NCBI GenBank assembly: GCA_016187335.1
Contig: JACPJW010000001.1
Coordinates: forward strand, 704,001 to 768,000
Reading direction: 5' to 3'
Length of the DNA stretch: 64,000 nucleotides
DNA from: Candidatus Aenigmatarchaeota archaeon
GTDB lineage: Archaea; Aenigmatarchaeota; Aenigmatarchaeia; GW2011-AR5
Part shown: positions 28,239-36,892 of the stretch, in pieces
Layout: each line of letters opens with the position of its first letter
Position numbering within the stretch: position 1 is the first letter of the stretch
Notes under the pieces: model-generated
Databases searched by the model: none
Told to the model about the DNA's origin: nothing
Seen by the model: only the letters and a program-made list of their open reading frames with translations
Position numbers and translations under genes: made by a program

Positions 28239-28607
28239 ATGGCGCAAGCGCAACCTGCACCAGAGTATGATTGGGAATACTGGGAAAAAATAGGGATTGG
28301 TACTTATCAACAGCTAAAAGATCATAATGTAGCCGTAGGTTTCAGACCGAAAAAAATAGAACAGAAAGAAAGATCGTTAGGCAGTGATATCTTGCAGCAC
28401 TATCCTAAAGATGGACAGGCAAGATTTTATGCACAATACAGATTCTTAGTGGGGGTTGAGAAAGCTGTTGATCCGGAGGATTCTAGAACTCTAGAATATG
28501 TTGCCTGGAGGTTTGGAGAACTAGTGCCTAATATACCGCAAACACAATTTCCTCTAGTTGAACCTCATCATCACAAATTTACCCGATCTCCACAACCTTC
28601 TCCCTAG
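28239..28607 (+). CDS. Hypothetical protein
   Basis: 122-aa ORF after an AT-rich promoter-like gap. Confidence 0.5.
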   Translation: MAQAQPAPEYDWEYWEKIGIGTYQQLKDHNVAVGFRPKKIEQKERSLGSDILQHYPKDGQARFYAQYRFLVGVEKAVDPEDSRTLEYVAWRFGELVPNIPQTQFPLVEPHHHKFTRSPQPSP

Positions 28608-28797
28608 ACTTGTGGCCGCTTAAAATGCTCACGGAACTTTTCTTCACGCCGAAATGCTCTGCTATCGCTTCTACTAGCGCTTTGTTTGCCCTGCCTTCCG
28701 TTGCCGGAGCCTTGACGTAAACCCTGTATATTCCTGCTTCTTCCAGAACAGCGTTTTTCTTTGCGTTGGGAATTACCTTTACGTTTATGGTTTTCAT
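28579..28797 (-). CDS. DUF167 / UPF0235 (YggU-like) protein
   Basis: VKVIPNAKKN, VKAPATEGRANKAL, SGHKSREK. Confidence 0.92.
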   Translation of the reverse strand: MKTINVKVIPNAKKNAVLEEAGIYRVYVKAPATEGRANKALVEAIAEHFGVKKSSVSILSGHKSREKVVEIG

Positions 28798-28811
28798 GAA
28801 ATAACCTTAAG

Positions 28812-28828
28812 ATGCCGAAGGCGGGAAT
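28812..28828 (-). repeat. Distal att site, a duplicate of the tRNA-Met 3' end
   Basis: 16/17 identity to 34830-34846. Confidence 0.85.
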
Positions 28829-28890
28829 AAGTAATCTGTTCAATGCCGGAATTGAGCCTCGGATGACCGGCAGAGATGCTCAAGCCACCG

Positions 28891-28930
28891 GAGGGTTCCG
28901 GAAATTTTCTTACATGTGGTGGCCGAGCAG
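28891..28930. repeat. 40-bp direct repeat, left copy; partial third copy at 28988-29002
   Basis: GAGGGTTCCGGAAATTTTCTTACATGTGGTGGCCGAGCAG, 37/40 identical to 32239-32278. Confidence 0.9.
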
Positions 28931-29232
28931 TTACCTGCGAGTGGTTAAGACCTTCGAGTGCCTGGAACTAGCCCAGCGATTCGGAGCGTTCCGGAAATTT
29001 CCCTCGATGTCAAGGAGAGCTTCTCACCGAACAGGTACTCTTCGTCCCCTGACGAGCCAGTGTGCGCGGTGCAGGCCTGATGCTCGGGGTTTTGAGAGAA
29101 CTGTCTGACCACAAGCGGTCTGCCAGGGCTGGAAAGAACCGCTTACCATTCGAGATAACTTGTTATCAAGCGCTGTGCGGCGTCCTGCGACCCCAGCGCG
29201 CGCCATGCCCGAACTCGGAGCGTTTGTTCGTT

Positions 29233-29829
29233 TTATACTAGTGGCATCTTGCAATGTGTTTTCTCTGTTTCCAGGATTAAATGCATAACAGCCTCTTTTT
29301 GTTGGGCTGCGTCCACTACTATGGGGAGAATGCAAAGGGACTCGAAGACCCGAGTTAGCTGAGCGCGCACTTGCGCGTAAAACGCAATGGCGGCTTTCCA
29401 ATCGGATGGTTTGCTGAAAATGGATGTTCTTCTAAGCGCGATATCAGGTACAATCTCCAGGAGGTACACAAGCGGCGCAAATTCAAGAACGTGGTCATAG
29501 ATCTGTTTTTGATACTTGGCGGCTACCTCGATGTTGCGCACTCCGGCGTAGGCGAGATTTCCGACGTGCCACGTTTCCACGAAGAATGGGCGTTGCTGCA
29601 TGCGAAGCAGTATTTTGTCCCGTGCTAGCTCTCTCGACAAGACGACCTCGTCGAAGTGCGGGCCAAATGCCCAAGGCGGCTCGCACACACCAGAGCTGCG
29701 CTCGACATCCCCAGCGACTTCGGGGAAGAAAGCAAACCCCTTCCGTTCGAGGCAAAGGCCGGCAGTGGTCTTGCCGGAACCGTGGATGCCGACAAGCACG
29801 TGTGCCTTACTCGCCGCGACCACATGCAT
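29233..29829 (-). CDS. P-loop nucleoside/nucleotide monophosphate kinase (thymidylate/deoxynucleoside kinase-like)
   Basis: Walker A GIHGSGKTT, FPEVAG, FFVETWHVGNLAY, VYLLEIVPDIALRR. Confidence 0.75.
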   Translation of the reverse strand: MHVVAASKAHVLVGIHGSGKTTAGLCLERKGFAFFPEVAGDVERSSGVCEPPWAFGPHFDEVVLSRELARDKILLRMQQRPFFVETWHVGNLAYAGVRNIEVAAKYQKQIYDHVLEFAPLVYLLEIVPDIALRRTSIFSKPSDWKAAIAFYAQVRAQLTRVFESLCILPIVVDAAQQKEAVMHLILETEKTHCKMPLV

Positions 29830-29919
29830 TCCTGCTCGTTACGGGTTCACTTCTTCGCTTTGATGCCTGGTTCATGTGGCACGTCGCGGATTCATCAGTG
29901 AGCCCCCAGAGCCCATAGA

Positions 29920-30519
29920 TCATTTCGCGTGGTGCGCTGTTGACATGTCGCCGACGGCAGAGTAGACTCGGCCGGCCTTCACCAGATCTCGGTACGGAAT
30001 GTTGATCTGAGGGCACTCGTGGATTCCCAGGAGGTGTGCGATTTCGTCATTCTTGCGCGTGCCATCAGTCGGTGAATACGCGAAGGTTTCTATCTCCACG
30101 AACCAACCCAGAGGCTCGACCATATCGAGAGCTACGATGCTGTCTAGGTCAGCCCTGAAAACCAAACGATGCTTCTTGACCGCAACGTATTCGACGAAGT
30201 CTAACTGCCTGAGCATCAGGCGGATCTTATCGCTCTGACCGGTTATGTCCACGTTAATTTCCTGTTTCCAATACTGGCCACGCTCGCGCATTGCTCTTGA
30301 GGTGGGGGGCTTCCACGTGACTTGCTCAAACGTAGGCGTAATGCGAACCCTGAGACATTCCTCCGTCTTGATGAAGTCGTTGTGCTTTGATGTATAGTAT
30401 ATGTCTTCCTGGTCCTCCCGCTCAGTTTGTTTCCATCCCAATTCAGCGAGTTTTGCCATTAACGAACTGGCATCTGCTCCAACGTACAACTTCATCTCAA
30501 TTTCTTTTCTGTTTGCCAT
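29920..30519 (-). CDS. CYTH-domain protein (class IV adenylate cyclase / triphosphate tunnel metalloenzyme)
   Basis: N-terminal EIEMK, QEDIYY, LRVR, KHR, LGWFVEIE, C-terminal PYRDL. Confidence 0.9.
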   Translation of the reverse strand: MANRKEIEMKLYVGADASSLMAKLAELGWKQTEREDQEDIYYTSKHNDFIKTEECLRVRITPTFEQVTWKPPTSRAMRERGQYWKQEINVDITGQSDKIRLMLRQLDFVEYVAVKKHRLVFRADLDSIVALDMVEPLGWFVEIETFAYSPTDGTRKNDEIAHLLGIHECPQINIPYRDLVKAGRVYSAVGDMSTAHHAK

Positions 30520-30532
30520 TGATTACCATCTC

Positions 30533-31861
30533 CTAAGACTGTGGTTGGTTGGGATTCGGGGGCTCTTGATAGGCTGCGTTGCGGAATACCGCAAACTGGT
30601 ATATCCCGCGGATTGTGTTCATTTCAAACAGGTTCGCTTTCTCCGTGGTGCCAGTTAGTGCAGCGAACTCATTCCGGCTTAGGAAGTGCCGACCGGCGTC
30701 GCGTAGGAACTTCAGGTAGTAGCGGTGCCGCACTCTCCCCCACGTGCTTTCGAACTGTGGGTCCATAATTTCGATAATGCACGATATCTTGCCGACTCGG
30801 ATCACTTCATTAATCAGGGTCTTGACGGCGCGCACGTTCTCCATGTGATGTAGTACATTCTTGCAGAGCACAAAGTCGAAGTGGTTGTCACCAAATGGGA
30901 GGCGTCGCGCGTCATGATTAGTAAACAGGATGAATGAGCTGATATTGCGGAACGTAGGGCTACTAAATCGTTCGCTCATGAGCTTGATCTGGCTCCACGA
31001 CACATCGTTTCCGACCACTAGCCGCACACCGGGTAGCTGTGTAAACCTGAGAACGGCGGTATTCTCGCCGCACGCTACGTCAAGTATCGTGTCATGCTTG
31101 CACGCCTGCGTGATTTCGAGGATCTTGGCTTCTAGATCCTGGATCGAGTGCTGGAAGTGGAACCGCCCCAACGATCTGAAGAGGGGCTTCACCACCGCAT
31201 CGTGGAATGCGTAGCGGGATCCGTATTTTATGTTCTCTTCAACCTCGAACTCCGGGACCGAGTCGAGGTCCAGGCTACGGACGTAACTGCGAGCTAGTTC
31301 TACTACGGTTTTGTTGTGCAGCAGACCAACTGGAACCGAGGTATCCTCGCACGGGACCAGATGCCCTCTCGAATGGACGGCGGCCTTGAGGTCCTGCTGT
31401 GGATCCATGTTTCTGATTCGGCCCACAAATGCTATGCCGCGGTGGAAGTGTTCCCGTCCCTCGTAGCGGAAGCGATTCTCGAGGAAGGCGATGGGTTCTA
31501 CCTCGCCCAGTTGCAGGTTTCTGATAGTCTTGGACGCATGGCGGTTGGCGGCATCGATGAAGGTTTCCGTCAAGTCTCTTCGAAGACTGCCGCCGACCAG
31601 GACCCACGCGAGTTGGTTGCTCGCAAAGGATCGTTCTAATAGGAATTCTTTGTGTTTAGTATATGGTAGCATGAGCACGAAATAGCGGCGCGCCAGACAG
31701 TACTCGAACGAATACCTGTCCTGCAGGGTGACCTCATGTTGGATGCGCGGAGCTGACGCATACAGCTCGGTGTAGACCGAGTACAGATCGTCGAGATACG
31801 CATCGGTGTCTTGAAACGCCCGATACGCTATGCGTTCACGGCCCGACGACACTTCTGGCAT
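30533..31861 (-). CDS. Degenerate Nudix-like domain fused to a class I SAM-dependent methyltransferase
   Basis: FLLERSF..WVLVGGSLRRDLTETFIDAANR (Nudix-like); ILDVACGENT, GNDVS, DARRLPFGDNHFDFVLCKNVLHH; start re-chosen at MPEVSS (the ORF is open to 32164). Confidence 0.8.
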   Translation of the reverse strand: MPEVSSGRERIAYRAFQDTDAYLDDLYSVYTELYASAPRIQHEVTLQDRYSFEYCLARRYFVLMLPYTKHKEFLLERSFASNQLAWVLVGGSLRRDLTETFIDAANRHASKTIRNLQLGEVEPIAFLENRFRYEGREHFHRGIAFVGRIRNMDPQQDLKAAVHSRGHLVPCEDTSVPVGLLHNKTVVELARSYVRSLDLDSVPEFEVEENIKYGSRYAFHDAVVKPLFRSLGRFHFQHSIQDLEAKILEITQACKHDTILDVACGENTAVLRFTQLPGVRLVVGNDVSWSQIKLMSERFSSPTFRNISSFILFTNHDARRLPFGDNHFDFVLCKNVLHHMENVRAVKTLINEVIRVGKISCIIEIMDPQFESTWGRVRHRYYLKFLRDAGRHFLSRNEFAALTGTTEKANLFEMNTIRGIYQFAVFRNAAYQEPPNPNQPQS

Positions 31862-32238
31862 CTTCCAGGCCCTTGCTCCCTCGGAAGCCCGTTTGTCCCC
31901 CGCCGCGTCTATAATACCATAGGCTAGCGTTGCCGCAAGTTTGGGCCTTTGAGCCTTAGGCTCAGGTATGGGCCCTTGGCTTGGATTCGCCGAGCCTACA
32001 TTGCCCGCGCCAAGGCCGTCATTGGCGTCTGCTGAGGCCCGCCAGCCTTGCCGCCGCATAAGGGCGACATCTGTGTGAATCAAAGCTAGCGCGAAGCTGG
32101 AATCCGTGGGACGGGATGGTGCTGCGTGATGCGGAGAGATGAGCTGCATGCACATTATTTGCACTGAAAGCTTTTGAGTGTTTCCCGTGGCGGGTGATTG
32201 TAAGCTTTTGTCCTGAGCGGCTGTGACTGTTCTGATAA

Positions 32239-32278
32239 GAGGGTTCCGGAAATTTCCTTACATGTGATGGACGAGCAG
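32239..32278. repeat. 40-bp direct repeat, right copy
   Basis: GAGGGTTCCGGAAATTTCCTTACATGTGATGGACGAGCAG. Confidence 0.9.
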
Positions 32279-32389
32279 CCACTCAGCAGTGACGATAAAC
32301 AGGATCTCCACGAACCGCATGCAATGCCGCAGTAGTAAGTAAGTAATTACTCAAAATCATCGGTGCCCCGAGCACCTTTCAGCTAAACT

Positions 32390-32659
32390 TCAACGTGCAG
32401 TCATCCGGCTGGTTTCTGATTCTTTGTTCCCTCCGTTCACGAGGTCATCAATACCTATGAGGAGAAAGCAGATTCCCAAGACAGCGCTGAACGCCACCTC
32501 TAGCCACCACTGAAAGGGGATAGGTAGGCCTCTGAAAGACTGATCGATTATGAATTCGCCGGTTTCCGCGGCATACCTGAATAGAACAAACGAGAATCCT
32601 ATGTGGGCAAGCGCCGAGACCAACCAGCGGTTGGCACGGAGCCATCCAGCGGAGAACAT
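32390..32659 (-). CDS. Small two-TM membrane protein inside the element
   Basis: Two hydrophobic segments; 89 aa. Confidence 0.55.
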   Translation of the reverse strand: MFSAGWLRANRWLVSALAHIGFSFVLFRYAAETGEFIIDQSFRGLPIPFQWWLEVAFSAVLGICFLLIGIDDLVNGGNKESETSRMTAR

Positions 32660-32701
32660 AGTGGTACTATTTCTAGCGCAACCTTCTTAAAGCGTTAACG
32701 T

Positions 32702-33457
32702 TCAGCACCCGCTCCGGCCCAGTGGCAAGTAAATGCTTATGGTCGAAATTTGTACGCCTACTGTGACGCGAGCAGCAAAGCGTCTACACGCCTGAAACTG
32801 CCTCGTGACGGATCGAGGGCTTCCCCCCGGTCGCTCTGGCGGCCCAACGGCGCTGGTAGCCTCCGCCACACCAGAAGCCTCGACTATATAAGACCCCGGC
32901 GTCACCCCATAGACCACGAAGTTGGTCGGGAAGTGTGAGAGTGTCTCGGTGTGAATGAGATTCCCATGCTGCCCGAAAATGTGGACGCCGATTGGCTTCA
33001 GGATGCTTCTATCCGCCCCCGTTACGGTAACCCGTAGCTGATATGCAATGTCGACGGTGGGCCTCTGCGGAGGACCCTGTACTACCACCCAGTTCCCAAA
33101 ATATACGGCCATCGTTGTACTTTTGCCTTCAGGGTCCCGGCTGTAGTTCACGGTACCTCTGTAGCCAACTCTGATTCTAAGGGCTACCGCAGCTGGAGCT
33201 TCAACAGAAAAATTCGCCGGACGGCTGTCACCTGGGGGGACGATGCCAAGATCCTCGAAATCACGCGGGACAGGTGTCGGAGATGAAGACGAGCAATGTG
33301 TTCTATTTGCTGGAGATGGATCTGGCTCCTGAACAAGAACGGGCGTTGGTAGGCCTCGGGTTTGGCTGGTTCCTGGAACTGCGCGAGCGATGGCGACGTG
33401 CCAAAGAGCCGGCAACTGAATGGCAGGGTCGTGCACAGGGGCGCTAAGCCGCAGCAA
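32702..33457 (-). CDS. Hypothetical beta-rich protein, possibly an Ig-like fragment; start uncertain
   Basis: VVYGVTPGSYIVEASG resembles carboxypeptidase-regulatory-like beta sandwiches; the N-terminal third looks non-coding. Confidence 0.35.
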   Translation of the reverse strand: MLRLSAPVHDPAIQLPALWHVAIARAVPGTSQTRGLPTPVLVQEPDPSPANRTHCSSSSPTPVPRDFEDLGIVPPGDSRPANFSVEAPAAVALRIRVGYRGTVNYSRDPEGKSTTMAVYFGNWVVVQGPPQRPTVDIAYQLRVTVTGADRSILKPIGVHIFGQHGNLIHTETLSHFPTNFVVYGVTPGSYIVEASGVAEATSAVGPPERPGGSPRSVTRQFQACRRFAARVTVGVQISTISIYLPLGRSGC

Positions 33458-33502
33458 AGAACCTGCGTGTTGGGAATCAAACTTCGGAGCAGTCCTTTAC
33501 TT

Positions 33503-34774
33503 CTATCGTCTCTTTGCCAGCTTCCGGAGTTCTTCCCGCCGCCTCACCCTGAGCAGTTCCTCGTTCGACATCGCCGCCATCTTCATGAGCGTAGGAAGGG
33601 CTCCTTGGATTTCCTTGACTTGCTTCAGCGTAGATGCCATGTCAGAGAACTCCAGGGAGAAGTTGCAGTTCTCACAGATCCTCGCCTCGGGACTGTTGAA
33701 CGCCTTGCAGTTCCAGCATAACAGAGGCTTTTCCAGCTCCTTCCTTATCTCATCCTCCGGCCGGAGCAGCCCATGTCGTTTGAGGATGGCCTCCTCGACG
33801 TCACGGTTGCTCATGTGCAGGTAGACCTCGAAGTGCTTACTGGTCGGAGTATGCCCCGTGATCCTCTTTACGATCTGATCCGGGTACTGCTGCACCAGGT
33901 GAGTCGTCCTGGAGTGACGCAGGATGTAAGGGTAAACCTTCTTCATAACGCCCGCGCGGCGTGCTATACCCTTCAGCATGCGGTTGAGTGCAGCCACGCC
34001 GATAATCTCGTCGTGCCGTGGATTCGCCTTCTGACGCAGCCATAGCAGCGCGTCAGGGTTCGCTCTGAGTGGGTGGATGTTTATCCATGCCCGGAGGTAC
34101 GTCGCAGCGTTGATTATGCGGATGGGCCGCGGCCTCGTCTTGCTGTGCTGGATGTGGACAACAGCACCGTACGGGTCAAAGGTCACATTCCCGATTCTCA
34201 ACGTCAGCAGCTCAGAAGGACGCGCAGCTGTCTCGTAAGCCACACTGATGAGAGCTTTGTCTCTCGTGTTCGTCGCCGTGGCGATCAGGCGTTCAACCTC
34301 ATCTACATCAAGGGTCTGACCTTCTTCCACCCTCGACTTTTTCGCATTGCTGGGAACCGACGTGCGGAGCCACTCGAAATCCCTTGGATTATACTTGCTT
34401 CCCTTGAGCCACTTGACGAAGACTTTCAGCCCAGCCCTCATGTCCGCCCTGTACCATTCGGAACAGAGAGCTGGCTTCTCATCGGCACGGCTGGCTGCGC
34501 CATGCGGTGGCTCCCTTTTCGTGAGGTCGTTCAGCCGGCCTACAAGGCGCCGAAAGTCCCGAACGCTGTACTTGTCGACGTCCTTCCCGAGCAAAGGGCC
34601 AATCCGAAGAAAGAGAAAGGCGTACTTCCTCATTCTGGCCGCCGAAACGCGCGCCGACATGTCATCGAGGAAATCCAGAATGAGCCGGCGGTTTCTTCGG
34701 GGCAGGTCGGACTCCTGAATCTCGCGCCTCCTCTTCTCGAATTCCTCCTTGTGCTTGTAGATCTGGACCTCCAT
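33503..34774 (-). CDS. Tyrosine recombinase/integrase with a C-terminal Zn ribbon
   Basis: TAARPSELL (R), SKT (K), YILRHSR, ITGH, EVYLH (Y), CWNC...CENC; start MEVQIY with a GAGG Shine-Dalgarno. Confidence 0.92.
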   Translation of the reverse strand: MEVQIYKHKEEFEKRRREIQESDLPRRNRRLILDFLDDMSARVSAARMRKYAFLFLRIGPLLGKDVDKYSVRDFRRLVGRLNDLTKREPPHGAASRADEKPALCSEWYRADMRAGLKVFVKWLKGSKYNPRDFEWLRTSVPSNAKKSRVEEGQTLDVDEVERLIATATNTRDKALISVAYETAARPSELLTLRIGNVTFDPYGAVVHIQHSKTRPRPIRIINAATYLRAWINIHPLRANPDALLWLRQKANPRHDEIIGVAALNRMLKGIARRAGVMKKVYPYILRHSRTTHLVQQYPDQIVKRITGHTPTSKHFEVYLHMSNRDVEEAILKRHGLLRPEDEIRKELEKPLLCWNCKAFNSPEARICENCNFSLEFSDMASTLKQVKEIQGALPTLMKMAAMSNEELLRVRRREELRKLAKRR

Positions 34775-34830
34775 ATTCCCTCTTATTGCCCGCCCAATAT
34801 TTAAGGGTTCGGCATCGAACAGTTTTCCAA

Positions 34831-34991
34831 TGCCGAAGGCGAGAATCGAACTCGCGACCCCCACATTTCTCTTCAACGCGCATGCCGCTCAGAACTCATA
34901 ATTTTCAATTTCTTTGGTCTTTCTTTGGTCAAACTTTCTTTTCAAGAAAGTTTGTTATGAGTGTGGTGCTCTACCACTGAGCCACTTCGGC
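34831..34991 (-). tRNA. tRNA-Met(CAU), elongator-type (or Ile2), with a 37/38 intron (34867-34955)
   Basis: G1-C72 acceptor GCCGAAG/CUUCGGC, anticodon arm CCACA-CUCAUAA-UGUGG; the intron contains a family-A hairpin. Confidence 0.9.
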
Positions 34992-35041
34992 TTTCCGTTT
35001 TGATCAAACTTTTTTGAAAAGTTTGACTGAGCCACTTCGGC
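34992..35041 (-). repeat. Exact duplicate of the first 16 nt of tRNA-Met (35026-35041) followed by a family-A hairpin (34992-35025)
   Basis: ACTGAGCCACTTCGGC occurs at 34976-34991 and 35026-35041. Confidence 0.9.
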
Positions 35042-35100
35042 ACAAAGAGCAGAACCTGACGGTTCTCTCTCTTGACTCTCATTCCCTTATTATTTCTTGG

Positions 35101-35122
35101 TGCAACTTTTTGGAAAAGTTGC
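35101..35122. repeat. Family-A hairpin repeat, intergenic
   Basis: TGCAACTTTTTGGAAAAGTTGC. Confidence 0.75.
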
Positions 35123-35174
35123 CTCTATCCTCTTTTCCTTATTATGATTTTTAAACGCTTTTATTGAAGTATAA

Positions 35175-35723
35175 ATGATGGACCCGCTTAAATTCCGCGA
35201 ACTGCTGAGGCGCATTGAGTGGAAAAACCTTGCGCTGCTTGCCGTTGCGGTGGCACTCCTGGCGGCGTACTTCAAGCTTTTCATTATAACTGCCCTGATA
35301 GCTTCCGTGATTGCCGCCAGCCTTCTTGTCCAGAAGTTCCAGCTGCGGCTCTTCGGCTTTGAAACGGTAACCTTTTCCACTGTCATCATGGGGGTTGCCT
35401 ACGGCCCCGTGATAGGCGGAATATTCGGCATGGCCATGGTCCTTGTATCCCTGGTCATATCCGGATATTTCGGGATATACTATCTGTGGATCATACCCGA
35501 ATATGCCGTGGCCGCTTACCTTGCGTCGCAGTGGTACGGCGGCGACATACTTTCAGTGGGGCTGAACATAACGATTATCCTGCAGGTTGCAAACATCGTG
35601 CTCACCTATTTCTTTGACCGCTACAGCTTTTTCCAGCACATCGTTTACAGCGCGACGAACATTGTTTTCAATTTTGCCGCATTTGCTTTGTTCGGCCCTG
35701 TGCTCGTGGGCATCCTGAAATGA
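35175..35723 (+). CDS. Multi-TM membrane protein, ECF S-component-like, paralog 1
   Basis: FETVTFSTVIMGVAYGPVIGGIFG; about six TM helices. Confidence 0.7.
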   Translation: MMDPLKFRELLRRIEWKNLALLAVAVALLAAYFKLFIITALIASVIAASLLVQKFQLRLFGFETVTFSTVIMGVAYGPVIGGIFGMAMVLVSLVISGYFGIYYLWIIPEYAVAAYLASQWYGGDILSVGLNITIILQVANIVLTYFFDRYSFFQHIVYSATNIVFNFAAFALFGPVLVGILK

Positions 35724-35751
35724 ATTAAAGCTGTATCGTTCAGTTATTTTC

Positions 35752-36282
35752 ATGGCCGAACTGCTTTCGCGGATAGAATGGAAGAACGTCGCGCTGCTTG
35801 CCGCGGCCCTGGCTTTGGTAGCTGTCTACGCCAAATTATTTGCGGTTGTCCTGCTCATCGCCGGTGTTGTTTTTGTGAGCTTCATTGTCCAGCAGTTCAG
35901 CCTGCGCACGGTAGGCCTTGAGCTCGTGACTTTTGCGACGGTTGTTTCCGGCATTGTCTACGGCCCTGTCGTGGGCGCGGCGCTGGGAGCGGTTCTGGTC
36001 CTGATACATCTTGTTTTCTCGGGTTATTTTGGTGTATATTATTTCTGGGTCATACCTGTTTACGCCTTTGGCGGCTTTCTGGCGTCAGCATGGTCAGGCC
36101 AGGGCGTGGTTTCTTTGGGCATCAACATAACCCTGGTCATCCACGCGATAAACATGGCTTTTACGTTTGCTCTCAACAGGAACAACATGTTCAACTACGG
36201 GCTTTACGCCGTGACAAATGTAGTCTTCAATTTCATTTTGTTCGTTGTTTTCGGCCAGGCTGTCGTGGGCATCCTGAAATGA
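35752..36282 (+). CDS. Multi-TM membrane protein, ECF S-component-like, paralog 2
   Basis: LELVTFATVVSGIVYGPVVGAALG; aligns with paralogs 1 and 3. Confidence 0.7.
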   Translation: MAELLSRIEWKNVALLAAALALVAVYAKLFAVVLLIAGVVFVSFIVQQFSLRTVGLELVTFATVVSGIVYGPVVGAALGAVLVLIHLVFSGYFGVYYFWVIPVYAFGGFLASAWSGQGVVSLGINITLVIHAINMAFTFALNRNNMFNYGLYAVTNVVFNFILFVVFGQAVVGILK

Positions 36283-36345
36283 AGCCGTAGTCTGCATTCA
36301 TGGAAGCTTTTCGTAATTTTTAACCCTTGCGTCCAATTATTTCTG

Positions 36346-36888
36346 ATGGTTGAAAGAATATCGTCCCTGCTGTCGCGCATTGATTGGAAGAACGTCGCGC
36401 TGCTGGCTGCCGCCGTCGCGCTGGCGGCTGCCTACTTCAAGCTCTTTGCCATAGTGTTCTTCATCGCAGCCGTGGTCGCGGTCAGCTTCCTGGTGAACCA
36501 GTTCCACATCCGCATTATTGGCATTGAACTGGTAACTTTTGCCACGGTTATTTCAGGCATCGTTTACGGCCCCGTGGTAGGAGCAGTAATGGGCGCGGTG
36601 CTGGTTTTCATAAGCCTTGTATTCTCCGGGTTTTTCGGGGTTTATTATTTCTGGCTGATTCCGGAATACGCTGCCGCCGGCTACCTGGCGTGGCTCTGGC
36701 GTGACCAGCCTATAGCCGCTCTTGGCATGAACATCCTGCTCATGGTCCAGGGGCTCAATATCGTCCTGACGTACCTGTTCGCAAGGCAGAACTTCTTCAA
36801 GTACGTTGTTTACATAGCCACGGAACTGGTATTTAATTTTATAATATTCTCCGTCTTCGGGGCGTGGGCTCTTGGTGTCCTGGCGTGA
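36346..36888 (+). CDS. Multi-TM membrane protein, ECF S-component-like, paralog 3
   Basis: IELVTFATVISGIVYGPVVGAVMG. Confidence 0.7.
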   Translation: MVERISSLLSRIDWKNVALLAAAVALAAAYFKLFAIVFFIAAVVAVSFLVNQFHIRIIGIELVTFATVISGIVYGPVVGAVMGAVLVFISLVFSGFFGVYYFWLIPEYAAAGYLAWLWRDQPIAALGMNILLMVQGLNIVLTYLFARQNFFKYVVYIATELVFNFIIFSVFGAWALGVLA

Positions 36889-36892
36889 GAAA

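Larger units (their letters stand above)
28812..34846 (-). mobile_element. ~6-kb integrated element at the 3' end of tRNA-Met
   Basis: 17-bp direct repeat ATGCCGAAGGCG(G/A)GAAT at 28812-28828 and 34830-34846 (tRNA 3' end); tyrosine integrase at the tRNA-proximal end; codon usage visibly different from the host. Confidence 0.85.

Noticed and set aside
29024-29401. 125-aa minus-strand ORF downstream of the kinase
   Set aside because: Overlaps the kinase in another frame, runs through the repeat region and has non-protein-like composition
31862-32164. 101-aa N-terminal extension of the Nudix-methyltransferase ORF
   Set aside because: Low-complexity and not domain-like; an internal ATG at 31861 has a purine-rich Shine-Dalgarno; cannot be fully excluded
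28829-34876. SSV-type integrase split by att, suggested by the integrase ORF extending into the tRNA
   Set aside because: Joining the att ends in silico gives a stop (TGA at 28882-28880) a few codons upstream, so there is no intN fragment; the ATG at 34774 with its own Shine-Dalgarno is the better start
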